The notes: generated by a model not told the origin, from the sequence alone. Shown: positions 1-9,977, counted from the first letter of the stretch. The stretch: 64,000 nucleotides of DNA from Patescibacteria group bacterium (GCA_041649335.1 JBAZNF010000001.1:21285-85284); one strand, 5' to 3'. Translations and numbers: made by a program.

Positions 1-58
1 AAACGAATTCATCCGAGCATCATAGCCTAACACCTTTTTTTTTCTTTGGAGGTTTCTA

Positions 59-253
59 TTGAGTACAGTAATTTTTTCTCAGCCAGAACCGGCTACGCCA
101 ACATTCCAAGGGATTTGGGATTCTTGCGGTCGGTGCGGAAATCGGCAACTTTTCCGTAAGCAGGGCGAAAACATTCCTTTCTGTGGATTTTGCCAGAAGG
201 ACGCCCTGCCCCCGAACGTTAAACTGGATCCGCGGGAACTAGTCTTCGTATAA
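59..253 (+). CDS. Small zinc-ribbon protein (two CxxC motifs)
   Basis: CGRC...CGFC motifs; GGAGG at 48-52 ahead of a TTG start; followed by a hairpin and T-tract. Confidence 0.6.
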   Translation: MSTVIFSQPEPATPTFQGIWDSCGRCGNRQLFRKQGENIPFCGFCQKDALPPNVKLDPRELVFV

Positions 254-285
254 TAGATTTGGCATCCCTGGCAGGCCAATAAATA

Positions 286-316
286 ACTCCGTCCATTCCG
301 GGCGGAGCTTTTTTTG
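286..316 (+). terminator. Intrinsic terminator
   Basis: CTCCGTCC-attcc-GGGCGGAG stem followed by a T7 run; a second hairpin GAGAAGTA-ttt-TACTTCTC follows immediately. Confidence 0.6.
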
Positions 317-325
317 AGAAGTATT

Positions 326-544
326 TTACTTCTCGGTGTCTTTTGTCGGACCAATGAAGAAGTCTGGCGGTACGGTTTCGTCGCCGAAAAACTGCGTGGC
401 GTCGGGTTCATCGTGGAATCGTGGGCCGATCCTTTTGGCGATCCGACGGTCCGTATTGCGGATTTCCTTCCTGACTTGACGCAGGAGGTATTCAGTTGTC
501 CCAGGGAGAAAACTCGCAAAAATAGATCTTAACGATTCTTTCAC
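326..544 (-). CDS. Hypothetical 72-aa protein
   Basis: GTG start preceded by AAGGAGG on the minus strand and by a consensus promoter. Confidence 0.6.
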   Translation of the reverse strand: MKESLRSIFASFLPGTTEYLLRQVRKEIRNTDRRIAKRIGPRFHDEPDATQFFGDETVPPDFFIGPTKDTEK

Positions 545-597
545 GCACCCTCCTTGGTGTGTTGAAAGGTTGTGGCCAATGTACGAGTGAAAAAAGT

Positions 598-626
598 ATC
601 ATAGCAAGTACCAGGCACATTGTCAA
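598..626 (-). promoter_or_regulatory. Sigma70-type promoter for 326..544
   Basis: TTGACA-17 bp-TATGAT on the minus strand. Confidence 0.65.
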
Positions 627-703
627 TGCGGCGTTTTATTATTTCGCCAATATCAGATATTTTTTGTCATTTATGCGGCAATCATATATACTATAGCCAT
701 ACT

Positions 704-2230
704 ATGCTTTATCTGAAGGCAAAAAAGTTGGATTTTTCTTCTGGCGGCCAACCCTGGGTCGTCATTTTGCATGAGGATGAGGCAAAAACGTACGGCATCG
801 TCCTGGGAGACCTTTTGGAAGTCAAATGGGCGGGCCAGCGGGCGATTGTCGTCGCCTATTATTCCCGGCACAAGGTCAGTACGGGAGAAATAGGATTATT
901 TGCCGAGATTTGGAAGCACCGTAGTGTCCGTGACGGCGATCCGGTTTCTTTGCGCGTATTGTCCCGTCCGCCATCAATCGAGGCTATCCGTAAAAAACTG
1001 TTGGGAGAAAGCCTGTCCTATGAAGAGATGCGTTCGATTATTTATGATGTCGTCCACCATAAGCTTTCCAATGTCGAGATTACGTATTTTGTTGCCTCGA
1101 GTTTTATTAAGGAATTTTCCAATAAAGAACTGTACTTCATGACCAAAGCCATGGCGGCCACCGGAGAAGTCCTGAAACCGGACGCAAAAGTGGTGGCTGA
1201 CAAGCATTCGGTGGGCGGCGTGGCCGGTAATCGGACGACGATGGTCGTCATCCCGATTGTGGCTTCGTGCGGGGTATTTATCCCCAAAACCTCATCGCGG
1301 GCCATTACCTCGCCGGCCGGTACCGCAGATACCATGGAGGTGCTGGCGCCAGTCCATTTGACGTTTGAGCAAATCCAGAAGGTGCTGGCAAAAGTCGGCG
1401 CGTGCCTGATTTGGGGCGGCAGTTTCCGGCTGGCTCCGGCAGACGATTATTTGATCCGGGTGTCCCACCCGCTGATGCTGGAACCATTGGACAAGATGGT
1501 GGTGAGCATAATGGCCAAAAAAGTGGCCATGGGCGTGACGCATCTGGTGGTGGATTTGCCGTATGGTCCGTCCGTAAAAATTTTAAGCAAGAAAAGCGCG
1601 CTGGAAGTCAAAAGAAAATTTGAATACCTGGCCAAACAGTTCGCCATGAAAATCGACGTGGTCATGACCGCAACGTACGAACCGGTCGGACGCGGTATCG
1701 GTCCTTCATTGGAAGCGCGTGATGTTCTGCGCGTCCTGCAGCAAAAGGACTACCGTCCGGCCGACCTGGAAAAGAAGTCTATTGGGCTGGCCGGCCGCCT
1801 TTTGGAACTGTGCGGAAAAGCCAGGCGCGGAACCGGGCATATGATGGCTGCCGAAGCATTGACGTCCGGTCGGGCCTGGAAAAAAATGCAGGCTATTATC
1901 AAGGCGCAGGGCGGCAAACAGAAAATAGATTCGGAAGATTTGACGCAGTCGGCGATCCGGCAGAGGTTTCACGCCCCGTACAACGGGCAGGTCACCGAGG
2001 TTGACGACCAAATGGTGGACGAGATCGCCCGGACGCTCGGCGCGCCGCATGATAAATTGGCCGGTATTTATATCAATAAGATGCTGGGGCAAAAAGTACG
2101 GAGGGGGGAGCGGCTATTCACGTTGTATGGGTCGAATGACGACCGCATCGCCTTGGCGCTAGAGGCATTAAAGGGCAAGAAAATATTTACAATTAAGCGG
2201 ATGAGCGTCAGAGAAGACGCCGCGGGATAA
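704..2230 (+). CDS. deoA: AMP phosphorylase / thymidine phosphorylase family protein (archaeal-type, with N-terminal extension)
   Basis: DKHSVGGVAGNRTT, PKTSSRAITSPAGTADTMEVL and GRGIGPSLEARD motifs; ATG at 704 preferred over 620. Confidence 0.9.
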   Translation: MLYLKAKKLDFSSGGQPWVVILHEDEAKTYGIVLGDLLEVKWAGQRAIVVAYYSRHKVSTGEIGLFAEIWKHRSVRDGDPVSLRVLSRPPSIEAIRKKLLGESLSYEEMRSIIYDVVHHKLSNVEITYFVASSFIKEFSNKELYFMTKAMAATGEVLKPDAKVVADKHSVGGVAGNRTTMVVIPIVASCGVFIPKTSSRAITSPAGTADTMEVLAPVHLTFEQIQKVLAKVGACLIWGGSFRLAPADDYLIRVSHPLMLEPLDKMVVSIMAKKVAMGVTHLVVDLPYGPSVKILSKKSALEVKRKFEYLAKQFAMKIDVVMTATYEPVGRGIGPSLEARDVLRVLQQKDYRPADLEKKSIGLAGRLLELCGKARRGTGHMMAAEALTSGRAWKKMQAIIKAQGGKQKIDSEDLTQSAIRQRFHAPYNGQVTEVDDQMVDEIARTLGAPHDKLAGIYINKMLGQKVRRGERLFTLYGSNDDRIALALEALKGKKIFTIKRMSVREDAAG

Positions 2231-2237
2231 TTTTACC

Positions 2238-2426
2238 ATGAAGAAACCGATAGTCGATCAGGAAAAATGTTCAGGATGCGGCACCTGTACCGCATTATGT
2301 CCGGAAGCTTTTGAATTGAGCCTGGAGGGCAAATCGCAAGTTAAGCCATTGGATAGTTATGACGGCCTGCCTATTCAGGATGCCATTGATAGCTGCCCAA
2401 ACGGCGCAATTAGTTTTGACGAATAA
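2238..2426 (+). CDS. Ferredoxin (single-cluster 4Fe-4S type)
   Basis: CSGCGTCTALCP...SCP. Confidence 0.9.
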   Translation: MKKPIVDQEKCSGCGTCTALCPEAFELSLEGKSQVKPLDSYDGLPIQDAIDSCPNGAISFDE

Positions 2427-2439
2427 GAGGAAGTGGACA

Positions 2440-2468
2440 TTGACACCGGCGGGGTCCTGATATATACT
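2440..2468 (+). promoter_or_regulatory. Sigma70 promoter of the fur-suf operon
   Basis: TTGACA (2440-2445)-17 bp-TATACT (2463-2468). Confidence 0.8.
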
Positions 2469-2490
2469 TATTGAGAATCATTCTTAATAA
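2468..2490. promoter_or_regulatory. Fur-box-like operator
   Basis: TTATTGAGAAT-C-ATTCTTAATAA, an 11-1-11 inverted repeat with one mismatch; its core resembles the 7-1-7 Fur box TGATAATnATTATCA and covers the predicted +1. Confidence 0.75.
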
Positions 2491-2500
2491 GTACTTTAGG

Positions 2501-3073
2501 ATGTCTAGGCAAAAAGCCATGCAGAAGGATACGCCACGTGACTGGCGGCTGACCAGCCAGCGCCTGGATATTTTGGATTTTTTACGCAAGGATAAAGGGC
2601 ATCCGACCGCCGAACAGGTGTACCGGGGTGTCCGTAAAAAAATACCCAACATCAGTTTTGGCACGGTATACCGCAACTTGGATTTTTTACGCCGGCATGG
2701 CTATATCAAGGAATGCGTGGTAGACAAGGTCAGCCGGTATGAGAGCCGCGTGGATTCCCACGTGCATTTGGTATGCGAAGGGTGCCATGCGATATTTGAG
2801 CAGAAGGACGGCCGACTCGGGACGATAGCCAAGGACCTCGCTGAAAAGAGCCGTTTTTTTATGCGGTCTGATAATCTGGAAATCCGCGGCTACTGCCGTG
2901 CCTGCCAGAAGAAACTTTCGCCGAAACTCAAAACGCCTGAACTATTTTGCATGGCCTGCGGCGAGCTGCTGGATGACATGCATCAGGAAGCGCCCGTTTG
3001 CCAGGACTGCTGTTTCCAAACTCATTGCCGTTATTATGGACCACTGCCAAAGAAACAACCCGTCGGAAAATAG
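2501..3073 (+). CDS. Fur/PerR-family transcriptional regulator with C-terminal Cys-rich extension
   Basis: HPTAEQVY, ISFGTVYRNL, HVHLVCEGC and GYCRAC motifs; extra CxxC and CxxC-x5-C in the tail. Confidence 0.9.
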   Translation: MSRQKAMQKDTPRDWRLTSQRLDILDFLRKDKGHPTAEQVYRGVRKKIPNISFGTVYRNLDFLRRHGYIKECVVDKVSRYESRVDSHVHLVCEGCHAIFEQKDGRLGTIAKDLAEKSRFFMRSDNLEIRGYCRACQKKLSPKLKTPELFCMACGELLDDMHQEAPVCQDCCFQTHCRYYGPLPKKQPVGK

Positions 3074-3182
3074 TCAGGACCTGCAACCGTGCCCGACTTG
3101 CGGATCGGACATGCCGTCGCTACGCGGGAGCAAACGTTCGGTTTGCAGCCAGTGCGGGTATAAGGAAAGCTGCTGTTATTAA
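3036..3182 (+). CDS. CPxCG-type zinc-finger microprotein
   Basis: CPTCG...CSQCGYKESCCY; fills the fur-sufC gap; ATG at 3036 overlaps the end of fur. Confidence 0.5.
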   Translation: MDHCQRNNPSENSQDLQPCPTCGSDMPSLRGSKRSVCSQCGYKESCCY

Positions 3183-3191
3183 TTTTTGTGT

Positions 3192-3938
3192 ATGAAATTA
3201 TTAGAAATATATAACCTTAACGTCAAAGCCGGGAATAAGCACATCCTACGAGGAGTTAATCTGTCCATGCGCCCCGGTGAAACGCATGCCATCATGGGGC
3301 CGAACGGTTCCGGTAAATCAACTTTAGCTTCGGTTATTATGGGGCATCCCGGTTATGCAATTACCCAGGGCGGCGTGCGGCTGAACGGCAAACTTATCAA
3401 TTCACTTGATCCTGATGAACGCGCGCGAAAAGGCGTGTTTTTGTCTTTCCAGTATCCAAGTGAAGTACCAGGTCTCTCAATCGAGCATTTTTTACGCAAC
3501 GCCTTCAATGCCATCCATCCCCAAAACAATTTGTCAGTAGTGGAATTTCATAATCGTTTTCTTACTGCGGCAAACCAGTTGCGCATACGCCAGGATTTAG
3601 CCGGCCGTGGTTTGAACGAGGGGTTCTCCGGCGGCGAAAAGAAAAAACTTGAGATTCTGCAGTTAGCCCTGCTTGAACCCTCATTGGGGATTTTGGATGA
3701 AACTGATTCAGGGCTTGATATTGATGCCCTAAAAACGGTTTCCGCCGGCGTTAATGCGTTGCGAACCGCGAAGCGGTCTTTTCTAGTCATCACCCATTAT
3801 GTCCGTATCCTGAAATACGTCAAGCCGGACTGGGTCCACGTAATGATTGACGGCCGGATCGTACTGTCAGGAGACTGGAAACTAGCGCATCAGATAGAAA
3901 AGCGGGGGTATGACTGGCTGAACGTGAAGAAGAAATAA
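3192..3938 (+). CDS. sufC: Fe-S assembly ATPase SufC
   Basis: [26 protein letters not shown] and [13 protein letters not shown]. Confidence 0.95.
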   Translation: MKLLEIYNLNVKAGNKHILRGVNLSMRPGETHAIMGPNGSGKSTLASVIMGHPGYAITQGGVRLNGKLINSLDPDERARKGVFLSFQYPSEVPGLSIEHFLRNAFNAIHPQNNLSVVEFHNRFLTAANQLRIRQDLAGRGLNEGFSGGEKKKLEILQLALLEPSLGILDETDSGLDIDALKTVSAGVNALRTAKRSFLVITHYVRILKYVKPDWVHVMIDGRIVLSGDWKLAHQIEKRGYDWLNVKKK

Positions 3939-3940
3939 AC

Positions 3941-5332
3941 ATGCGGCCCAAGGCGACCAACGAAGAGCTTCTTACCCGGCCTGATGACGTGGCCTATTTG
4001 TTCAAGGCAAAAAAGGGATTGTCGGAACGGGTTGTCAGGGAAATATCACACCTCAAAGGTGAGTCTGACTGGATGCGCGACATACGTTTGCGGGCGTACC
4101 AGGTATTCCTCAAGAAAAAAATGCCGACCTGGGGCGGCGACCTTTCGAAGATACGCTTTGAGGATATTTTTTATTACATGAAGCCGGTCGAGAAAGTGTT
4201 TCAGAATTGGTCTGACGTGCCGACGGCTATCCGTTCGACGTATCAACGTCTAGGCATACCGCAGGCTGAGCAGAAATACCTGTCCGGAGTCATGGCCCAG
4301 TACGAATCAGAAGCCGTCTACCATAATTTAAAGGATCGGATGGGGAAAAACGGCGTTATTTTTGAAGACATGGATACTGCACTCAAGAAATACCCGGAAA
4401 TCGTGAAAAAATATTTCGGCCGGGTCATCCCCGCCGGGGACAATAAGTTCGCCGCGCTGAATACTGCCGTGTGGAGCGGCGGCAGTTTCGTTTACGTGCC
4501 GGCCGGGGTAAAAGTTGAATTCCCCCTTCAGGCGTATTTCCGTATCAACGCCCGCAATGCCGGGCAATTTGAACGCACGCTCATTGTCGCCGAGCCCGGC
4601 AGTTTCGTGCATTACGTTGAAGGATGTACGGCCCCTGTTTATACGACAAATTCCTTGCATTCAGCCGTCGTGGAAATTATCGTCAAACCAGGGGCGCGTG
4701 TCAGATATACGACCGTGCAAAATTGGTCAAAGAATGTCTATAACCTAGTCACCAAGCGAAGTTTTGTCTACGAAGAGGGGGTCATGGAATGGGTAGACGG
4801 CAATTTGGGGAGCAAGTTGACCATGAAATACCCTTCCGTCTATTTGCTTGGACGCAAGGCGCACGGCGAGGTATTGTCCATCGCTTTGGCCGGCGACGGA
4901 CAGCACCAGGACGCCGGCGGTAAGGCCATTCACGGCGCACCAGAAACAACTTCACGTATCATTTCCAAATCTATCGCCAAGGAGACCGGCCGCACCTCAT
5001 ACCGCGGACTTGTCCGCGTGCCGCGTGGCATGACCGGAGCGAAATCGAATGTCGTGTGTGATGCGCTGTTATTGGATGAACGTTCCCGCTCTGATACGTA
5101 TCCGACCATGGAAATAAAGGAAAGTGACGTGCAGATCGGCCATGAGGCATCGGTAGGCAAGATCGGGGAAGAGCAGTTGTTCTATTTGCGCAGCCGCGGA
5201 TTGAGCGAAGCCGAAGCCATGAATCTGATCGTAGCCGGTTTTATTGAACCGATCGCCAAGGAATTGCCATTGGAATACGCCGTCGAGCTAAACCGTTTAA
5301 TTCAATTGGAGATGGAGGGGAGCGTCGGATAA
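3941..5332 (+). CDS. sufB: Fe-S assembly protein SufB
   Basis: [22 protein letters not shown] and [14 protein letters not shown]. Confidence 0.95.
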   Translation: MRPKATNEELLTRPDDVAYLFKAKKGLSERVVREISHLKGESDWMRDIRLRAYQVFLKKKMPTWGGDLSKIRFEDIFYYMKPVEKVFQNWSDVPTAIRSTYQRLGIPQAEQKYLSGVMAQYESEAVYHNLKDRMGKNGVIFEDMDTALKKYPEIVKKYFGRVIPAGDNKFAALNTAVWSGGSFVYVPAGVKVEFPLQAYFRINARNAGQFERTLIVAEPGSFVHYVEGCTAPVYTTNSLHSAVVEIIVKPGARVRYTTVQNWSKNVYNLVTKRSFVYEEGVMEWVDGNLGSKLTMKYPSVYLLGRKAHGEVLSIALAGDGQHQDAGGKAIHGAPETTSRIISKSIAKETGRTSYRGLVRVPRGMTGAKSNVVCDALLLDERSRSDTYPTMEIKESDVQIGHEASVGKIGEEQLFYLRSRGLSEAEAMNLIVAGFIEPIAKELPLEYAVELNRLIQLEMEGSVG

Positions 5333-5336
5333 TCAT

Positions 5337-6044
5337 ATGATGAAATCAAAACATTTTCACGTCAAGCAGGACATGACATTGGAAATCGACATGCGGAAGC
5401 ATCCAGCACTTGATTTCAGTATTACTGTCGAAGCCGGAAAGCAACTGAACCTGGTCTGGCTGGGGAACGGTTTACCGAAGCCGGTTCAGCCGTCCCTGCG
5501 CATTGTTTTGAAGGAAAAGGCTCGTATGCATTTGGCACTGGCTGTGGCGCGTACGCATGTGGCAACGGCCGGAGTGGCGCTGGTCCTGGCTGGGGACGGC
5601 GCGGAGGCATATGTGTCAGCTGTCTTTCATGGTTCAGGCGAAGACCGGCATGCGTTTGATGTGGCCATGCACCATCAGGCAAAAAATACCAAAGGTGATA
5701 TACTGATAAAAGGTGTATATGAGGATTCGTCGTTTGGCCAGTTCAACGGATTGTTGAAAATACATCCCCGCGCGGATAAGACAAATTCATATTTTGTGGA
5801 TAACGTGTTGTTGTTCGGCCGGGGCATGGCTACGTCCATCCCGACGCTGGAGATTTCGGCCAATGATGTCCGGGCGACTCACGGGTCAACGACCAGCCGG
5901 GTCAATGCCGAACAGCTGTTTTATCTCCGGAGCCGTGGATTGAACGTCGGTCAGGCGACAAAACATATCATTCAGGGATTTTTCCATCCGGTCCTATCCC
6001 GCCTGCCGCAGAACGCTTTACCATTATTTCCATATACCATATGA
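5337..6044 (+). CDS. sufD: SufD family Fe-S assembly protein (short form)
   Basis: SIPTLEISANDVRATHG and [10 protein letters not shown]; operon position. Confidence 0.85.
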   Translation: MMKSKHFHVKQDMTLEIDMRKHPALDFSITVEAGKQLNLVWLGNGLPKPVQPSLRIVLKEKARMHLALAVARTHVATAGVALVLAGDGAEAYVSAVFHGSGEDRHAFDVAMHHQAKNTKGDILIKGVYEDSSFGQFNGLLKIHPRADKTNSYFVDNVLLFGRGMATSIPTLEISANDVRATHGSTTSRVNAEQLFYLRSRGLNVGQATKHIIQGFFHPVLSRLPQNALPLFPYTI

Positions 6045-7288
6045 CTCCATTAGTAAAAAAATCCTGGCCAAAGATAAAAGCGGACTTTCCGATCTTTTAC
6101 CAGAAGGTAAACGGCCAGCCGCTGGTATTTTTGGATTCTACGGCCAGCACCCAAAAACCGCAGTCAGTCATAAATGCGGTCAAGGAACTTTATGAGACGT
6201 ATTATGCCAATGTGCATCGGGGGATATATATGCTGTCGGAAAAATCATCCGAGGCGTATGAATTAGTGCGGCAAAAAGTTGCAGATTTCATCCACGCGCC
6301 TTCGGCCAGTGAGGTAATTTTTACGCGCAACGCGACGGAGAGCATCAATCTGGTTGCGTATACGTGGGGTCGGCAGAATATCGCTCAGGGGGACGTGATC
6401 TTGCTTACGGAAATGGAGCATCACGCCAACCTGGTACCCTGGCAACTCCTGGCCAAGGAAAAAGGTGCCCGACTGTCGTTCATCCCGATCACGAAAGATT
6501 TCCGGTTAGATGTGGCGGCGTTGGATTCATTGTTAGTCAAGCAGGTTAAATTAGTGGCGTTGACGCATATGTCCAACGTGTTAGGCACTATCAATCCGGT
6601 CAAGAAAATTATCAAGCAGGTTAGGAAAAAGGTGCCGCAGGCGGTCGTGCTGGTTGACGGAGCGCAAAGCGTGCCCCATTTTGCTGTGGACATGAAAGAC
6701 ATTGATGCTGATTTTTACGCATTTTCCTCGCACAAGATGCTCGGCCCTACGGGCGTCGGCGTACTGTACGGCAAGCGGGAGCTGCTTGAACGCATGCCGC
6801 CGTTCATGACTGGCGGGGACATGATCGCCCAGGTGACGTATCAGGACGCTCAGTGGAACGATCTGCCATGGAAATTTGAAGCCGGCACGCCGAACATCGC
6901 CGGTACTATCGGTTTTGGCGCGGCCATTGATTATTTGCAGGCAATCGGCATGGACCGGATTTTTTCGCATGAACAGGATCTGACAGCGTTGGCCATCAAA
7001 GAATTGTCCGCCATCCCCGGTATCGTGATCTATGGGCCGCGTGAAGTGAAGGACCGGGGCGGCGCCGTCGCTTTCAGCGTCAGCGATATCCATCCGCACG
7101 ATCTCGCATCCATATTGGATGAACAGGGGATTGCCGTGCGGGCCGGACACCATTGCGCCCAACCGCTGCATGAGAAGCTGGGCGTCGAATCCACGACGCG
7201 GGCTAGTTTTTACCTCTATAACACTGAATCCGACGTCATGTCTTTAGTGGCTGCCTTAAAAAAAGCTAAGGAAATTTTTAACGTATGA
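6041..7288 (+). CDS. sufS: Cysteine desulfurase SufS
   Basis: LDSTASTQKP, DGAQS, SHKMLGPTG and RAGHHCAQP. Confidence 0.95.
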   Translation: MTPLVKKSWPKIKADFPIFYQKVNGQPLVFLDSTASTQKPQSVINAVKELYETYYANVHRGIYMLSEKSSEAYELVRQKVADFIHAPSASEVIFTRNATESINLVAYTWGRQNIAQGDVILLTEMEHHANLVPWQLLAKEKGARLSFIPITKDFRLDVAALDSLLVKQVKLVALTHMSNVLGTINPVKKIIKQVRKKVPQAVVLVDGAQSVPHFAVDMKDIDADFYAFSSHKMLGPTGVGVLYGKRELLERMPPFMTGGDMIAQVTYQDAQWNDLPWKFEAGTPNIAGTIGFGAAIDYLQAIGMDRIFSHEQDLTALAIKELSAIPGIVIYGPREVKDRGGAVAFSVSDIHPHDLASILDEQGIAVRAGHHCAQPLHEKLGVESTTRASFYLYNTESDVMSLVAALKKAKEIFNV

Positions 7289-7677
7289 CTTTCGACATGT
7301 ACAGGCAAATCATCATTGACCACGCGAAAAAGCCAAAAAACGTCGGTACGGTCAAACAGGCCGATGGCCAGGCTGAGCGAAATAATCCGCTATGCGGCGA
7401 CCGTATTATGATTAGTTACCGTACGGATAAAACCAAGAAAAAGCTGCAGGAGGTCAAGTTTGACGGCGCGGGCTGCAGTATCGCAAAAGCGGCCGCCTCA
7501 ATACTGACCGAAAAGGTGACCGGAAAAAGTATGGCAGAATTGAAAAAATATACTGACGACGATTTTATAAAGGACATGGGCGTGCCCATCACGCCGGCCA
7601 GGCGAAAATGCGCCCTCCTGGCGCTGGAGACTTTCCGGCAGGCTGCTCACGTAGAAAAAGACAATCATAAACACTAA
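7285..7677 (+). CDS. sufU: SufU/IscU family scaffold or sulfur-transfer protein
   Basis: NPLCGD, GCSI and RRKCA conserved cysteines. Confidence 0.9.
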   Translation: MTFDMYRQIIIDHAKKPKNVGTVKQADGQAERNNPLCGDRIMISYRTDKTKKKLQEVKFDGAGCSIAKAAASILTEKVTGKSMAELKKYTDDDFIKDMGVPITPARRKCALLALETFRQAAHVEKDNHKH

Positions 7678-7695
7678 CCAAGAAATGATAGACAT

Positions 7696-8307
7696 ATGAG
7701 GAAATACGAAACGCCCAAGTTGCCCTATGCATACGACGCACTTGAGCCATATATCGATAAGGAGACGATATTGATCCATCACGACAAGCATCATGAGGCT
7801 TATACGCAAAAGCTGAACGCTGCGGTGGAAAAGCATCCGGAATTGTTCAGTAAGCCCGTGGAAGATTTATTGCGTGATTTGGACGCAATCCCTGAAGACA
7901 TCCGCTTGATAGTACGGAACCATGGCGGCGGCCACTACAACCATAATGTGTACTGGTCGATACTGGGCCCGAATGCTGGCGGTGAACCCAGCGGACAGTT
8001 AGCTACAGTAATCCAGCGTGATTTTGGCAGTATTGAAAAGTTGAAGGGGCTGATGGGCGAAACGGCGACCGGAATATTCGGTTCCGGTTGGGCGTGGCTG
8101 TCCGCGGCAGAGGGCACACTGATCGTGGAAAAGACAGCAAACCAGGATTCGCCGCTTTCCGCCGGCCATATACCGTTATTGGCAATTGATGTGTGGGAGC
8201 ATGCATATTACCTGAAGTACCATAATGTCCGGGCGGACTACATTAAGGCATTTTGGAACGTGGTGAACTGGCAGGCGGTATCGGAACGGTATTTGGCTAC
8301 CGTTTAA
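7696..8307 (+). CDS. sodA: Mn/Fe superoxide dismutase
   Basis: HHDKHH, NHGGGHYNH, FGSGWAWL and DVWEHAYY. Confidence 0.95.
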   Translation: MRKYETPKLPYAYDALEPYIDKETILIHHDKHHEAYTQKLNAAVEKHPELFSKPVEDLLRDLDAIPEDIRLIVRNHGGGHYNHNVYWSILGPNAGGEPSGQLATVIQRDFGSIEKLKGLMGETATGIFGSGWAWLSAAEGTLIVEKTANQDSPLSAGHIPLLAIDVWEHAYYLKYHNVRADYIKAFWNVVNWQAVSERYLATV

Positions 8308-8357
8308 TGAAAAAATAGTGTATAGTGAGAGTAATTAATCATTAAGATATATAATTT

Positions 8358-8852
8358 ATGATAAATAAAAAAGTTGAAGCAGCATTCAATAAGCAGATTG
8401 CGGAAGAACAGTATTCGGCCATGTTGTATCTGGCATTGGCCGCGTATTATGAGTCACGCAACCTGAAAGGGTTCGGGGCCTGGCTCCGGGCTCAGTACGA
8501 AGAGGAGTTGACTCATGCCATGAAATTTGTTGATTTCATCCTGGAACGTGGCGGCAGTATCGAGCTCTCGGCATTGCCGAAGCCCCCGGTCAAACTACCT
8601 CCACCGCATCAGGCTTTTGCCCTGGCCTACCAGCATGAGCAGAAAATCACTCGTTTGATACACGGGCTATACGATTTAGCCACAAAAGAGAAGGATTACC
8701 CATCCCAGAGTTTCCTGAAGTGGTTCATTGACGAGCAGGTCGAGGAAGAAGCGAATACCCTAGAGATAACCGAGAAACTGAAGATGATCGGCGAGAAAGG
8801 CAGCGGCATCTTCATGTTGGACCATCAATTAGGTAAGCGTGGGAAGGAATAA
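8358..8852 (+). CDS. ftnA: Non-heme ferritin
   Basis: EELTHAMKF, HEQKIT and WFIDEQVEEE ferroxidase residues. Confidence 0.9.
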   Translation: MINKKVEAAFNKQIAEEQYSAMLYLALAAYYESRNLKGFGAWLRAQYEEELTHAMKFVDFILERGGSIELSALPKPPVKLPPPHQAFALAYQHEQKITRLIHGLYDLATKEKDYPSQSFLKWFIDEQVEEEANTLEITEKLKMIGEKGSGIFMLDHQLGKRGKE

Positions 8853-8855
8853 TTT

Positions 8856-9068
8856 ATGAAAATTCATCTTGACCGGGATAAATGTATCAGTGCAGGTACG
8901 TGCGTAGCCATTGCGCCTGACGTTTTTGAGCTGGATGAGGAGGGGAAAGTCAAGATGAAAAATGAACATGGGGCTGACGACCAAACCATCCTCGATGCCG
9001 CCAAATCCTGTCCAGTCCTGGCCATTGAACTGTATCAGGATGACGGCCGCAGGATTTTCCCCGAGTAA
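8856..9068 (+). CDS. Ferredoxin (3Fe-4S-like)
   Basis: CISAGTCVAIAP...SCP; the second cluster Cys is replaced by Ala. Confidence 0.85.
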   Translation: MKIHLDRDKCISAGTCVAIAPDVFELDEEGKVKMKNEHGADDQTILDAAKSCPVLAIELYQDDGRRIFPE

Positions 9069-9094
9069 CGAATCATAGACACATTACCATCAGT

Positions 9095-9811
9095 ATGGAA
9101 CAGGGCGAAAACAGCAGTGACCAGGTTTCCGAATTGCAAAAAAAAGCCCGGCGGTGGAAGGCGTTGTTTGTTGTGATCGCCGCGGTGGTAGTAGTGCTTT
9201 TGTCACTGGGTGTGTATTTTTATGTCTTAGTCAGGAAAAATATTGAAATCGTCAATGGGGGCGCTGATACGAACCAATCAACAATTGCAGAGGTCGACTC
9301 ACCCGATGCCCCGTATACCGGAAGTGCGGATTCGCCGGTGGTAGTAGTGGAGTTCTCCGATTTCCAGTGTCCGTATTGCGAACAGGCGTTTCCGGTAGTG
9401 CGGGAGCTGATAAATTTTTACGGCGATAGGATCAAGTTCGAGTACCGCAATTTCCCTATTTCAGAAAGCCATCCGGACGCGCAGAAAGCAGCCGAGGCCG
9501 GCCTCTGCGCCCAAAATCAGGGGAAATTCTGGGAGTTGCATGACAAGATGTTCATAAATCAGTCTGATCTGTCCGTGTTGGCCCTAAAAAATTACGCCAA
9601 AGAGATCAACCTGGATTCGGCAAAATTTAATACTTGCCTGGATAGCGGAGCATTCGCCCAGAGAGTCCAGAAGGATTTCCAGGACGGTCTATTTGCCGGG
9701 GTGCAGGGGACGCCGACATTTTTCGTCAACGGGCAAATCCTGCAGGGTGTTCCGACATTCGCCGACATGCAGGGGGCAATTGACCAATTATTGTCTTATT
9801 ACGGCCGATAA
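9095..9811 (+). CDS. Membrane-anchored DsbA-family thiol-disulfide oxidoreductase
   Basis: N-terminal TM helix, EFSDFQCPYC and GVQGTPTFFVNG. Confidence 0.9.
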   Translation: MEQGENSSDQVSELQKKARRWKALFVVIAAVVVVLLSLGVYFYVLVRKNIEIVNGGADTNQSTIAEVDSPDAPYTGSADSPVVVVEFSDFQCPYCEQAFPVVRELINFYGDRIKFEYRNFPISESHPDAQKAAEAGLCAQNQGKFWELHDKMFINQSDLSVLALKNYAKEINLDSAKFNTCLDSGAFAQRVQKDFQDGLFAGVQGTPTFFVNGQILQGVPTFADMQGAIDQLLSYYGR

Positions 9812-9977
9812 GATACACTATACTGGTTATTACTGATTTGGGGGGGAAGCGGTTGGTGCGGCTCAAGAATTCGTTTTTGACCCCTAGCGCTTTGACTGGC
9901 GGGGGTGGTGTGCTACAATAATAAGCACAAACGTTAGTAGTATTTAATAAAGAATAATAATTAAATAATTATATAGT

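Noticed and set aside
314-532. 72-aa plus-strand ORF
   Set aside because: It starts inside a terminator T-tract with no RBS; the antisense ORF 326..544 has the promoter and SD
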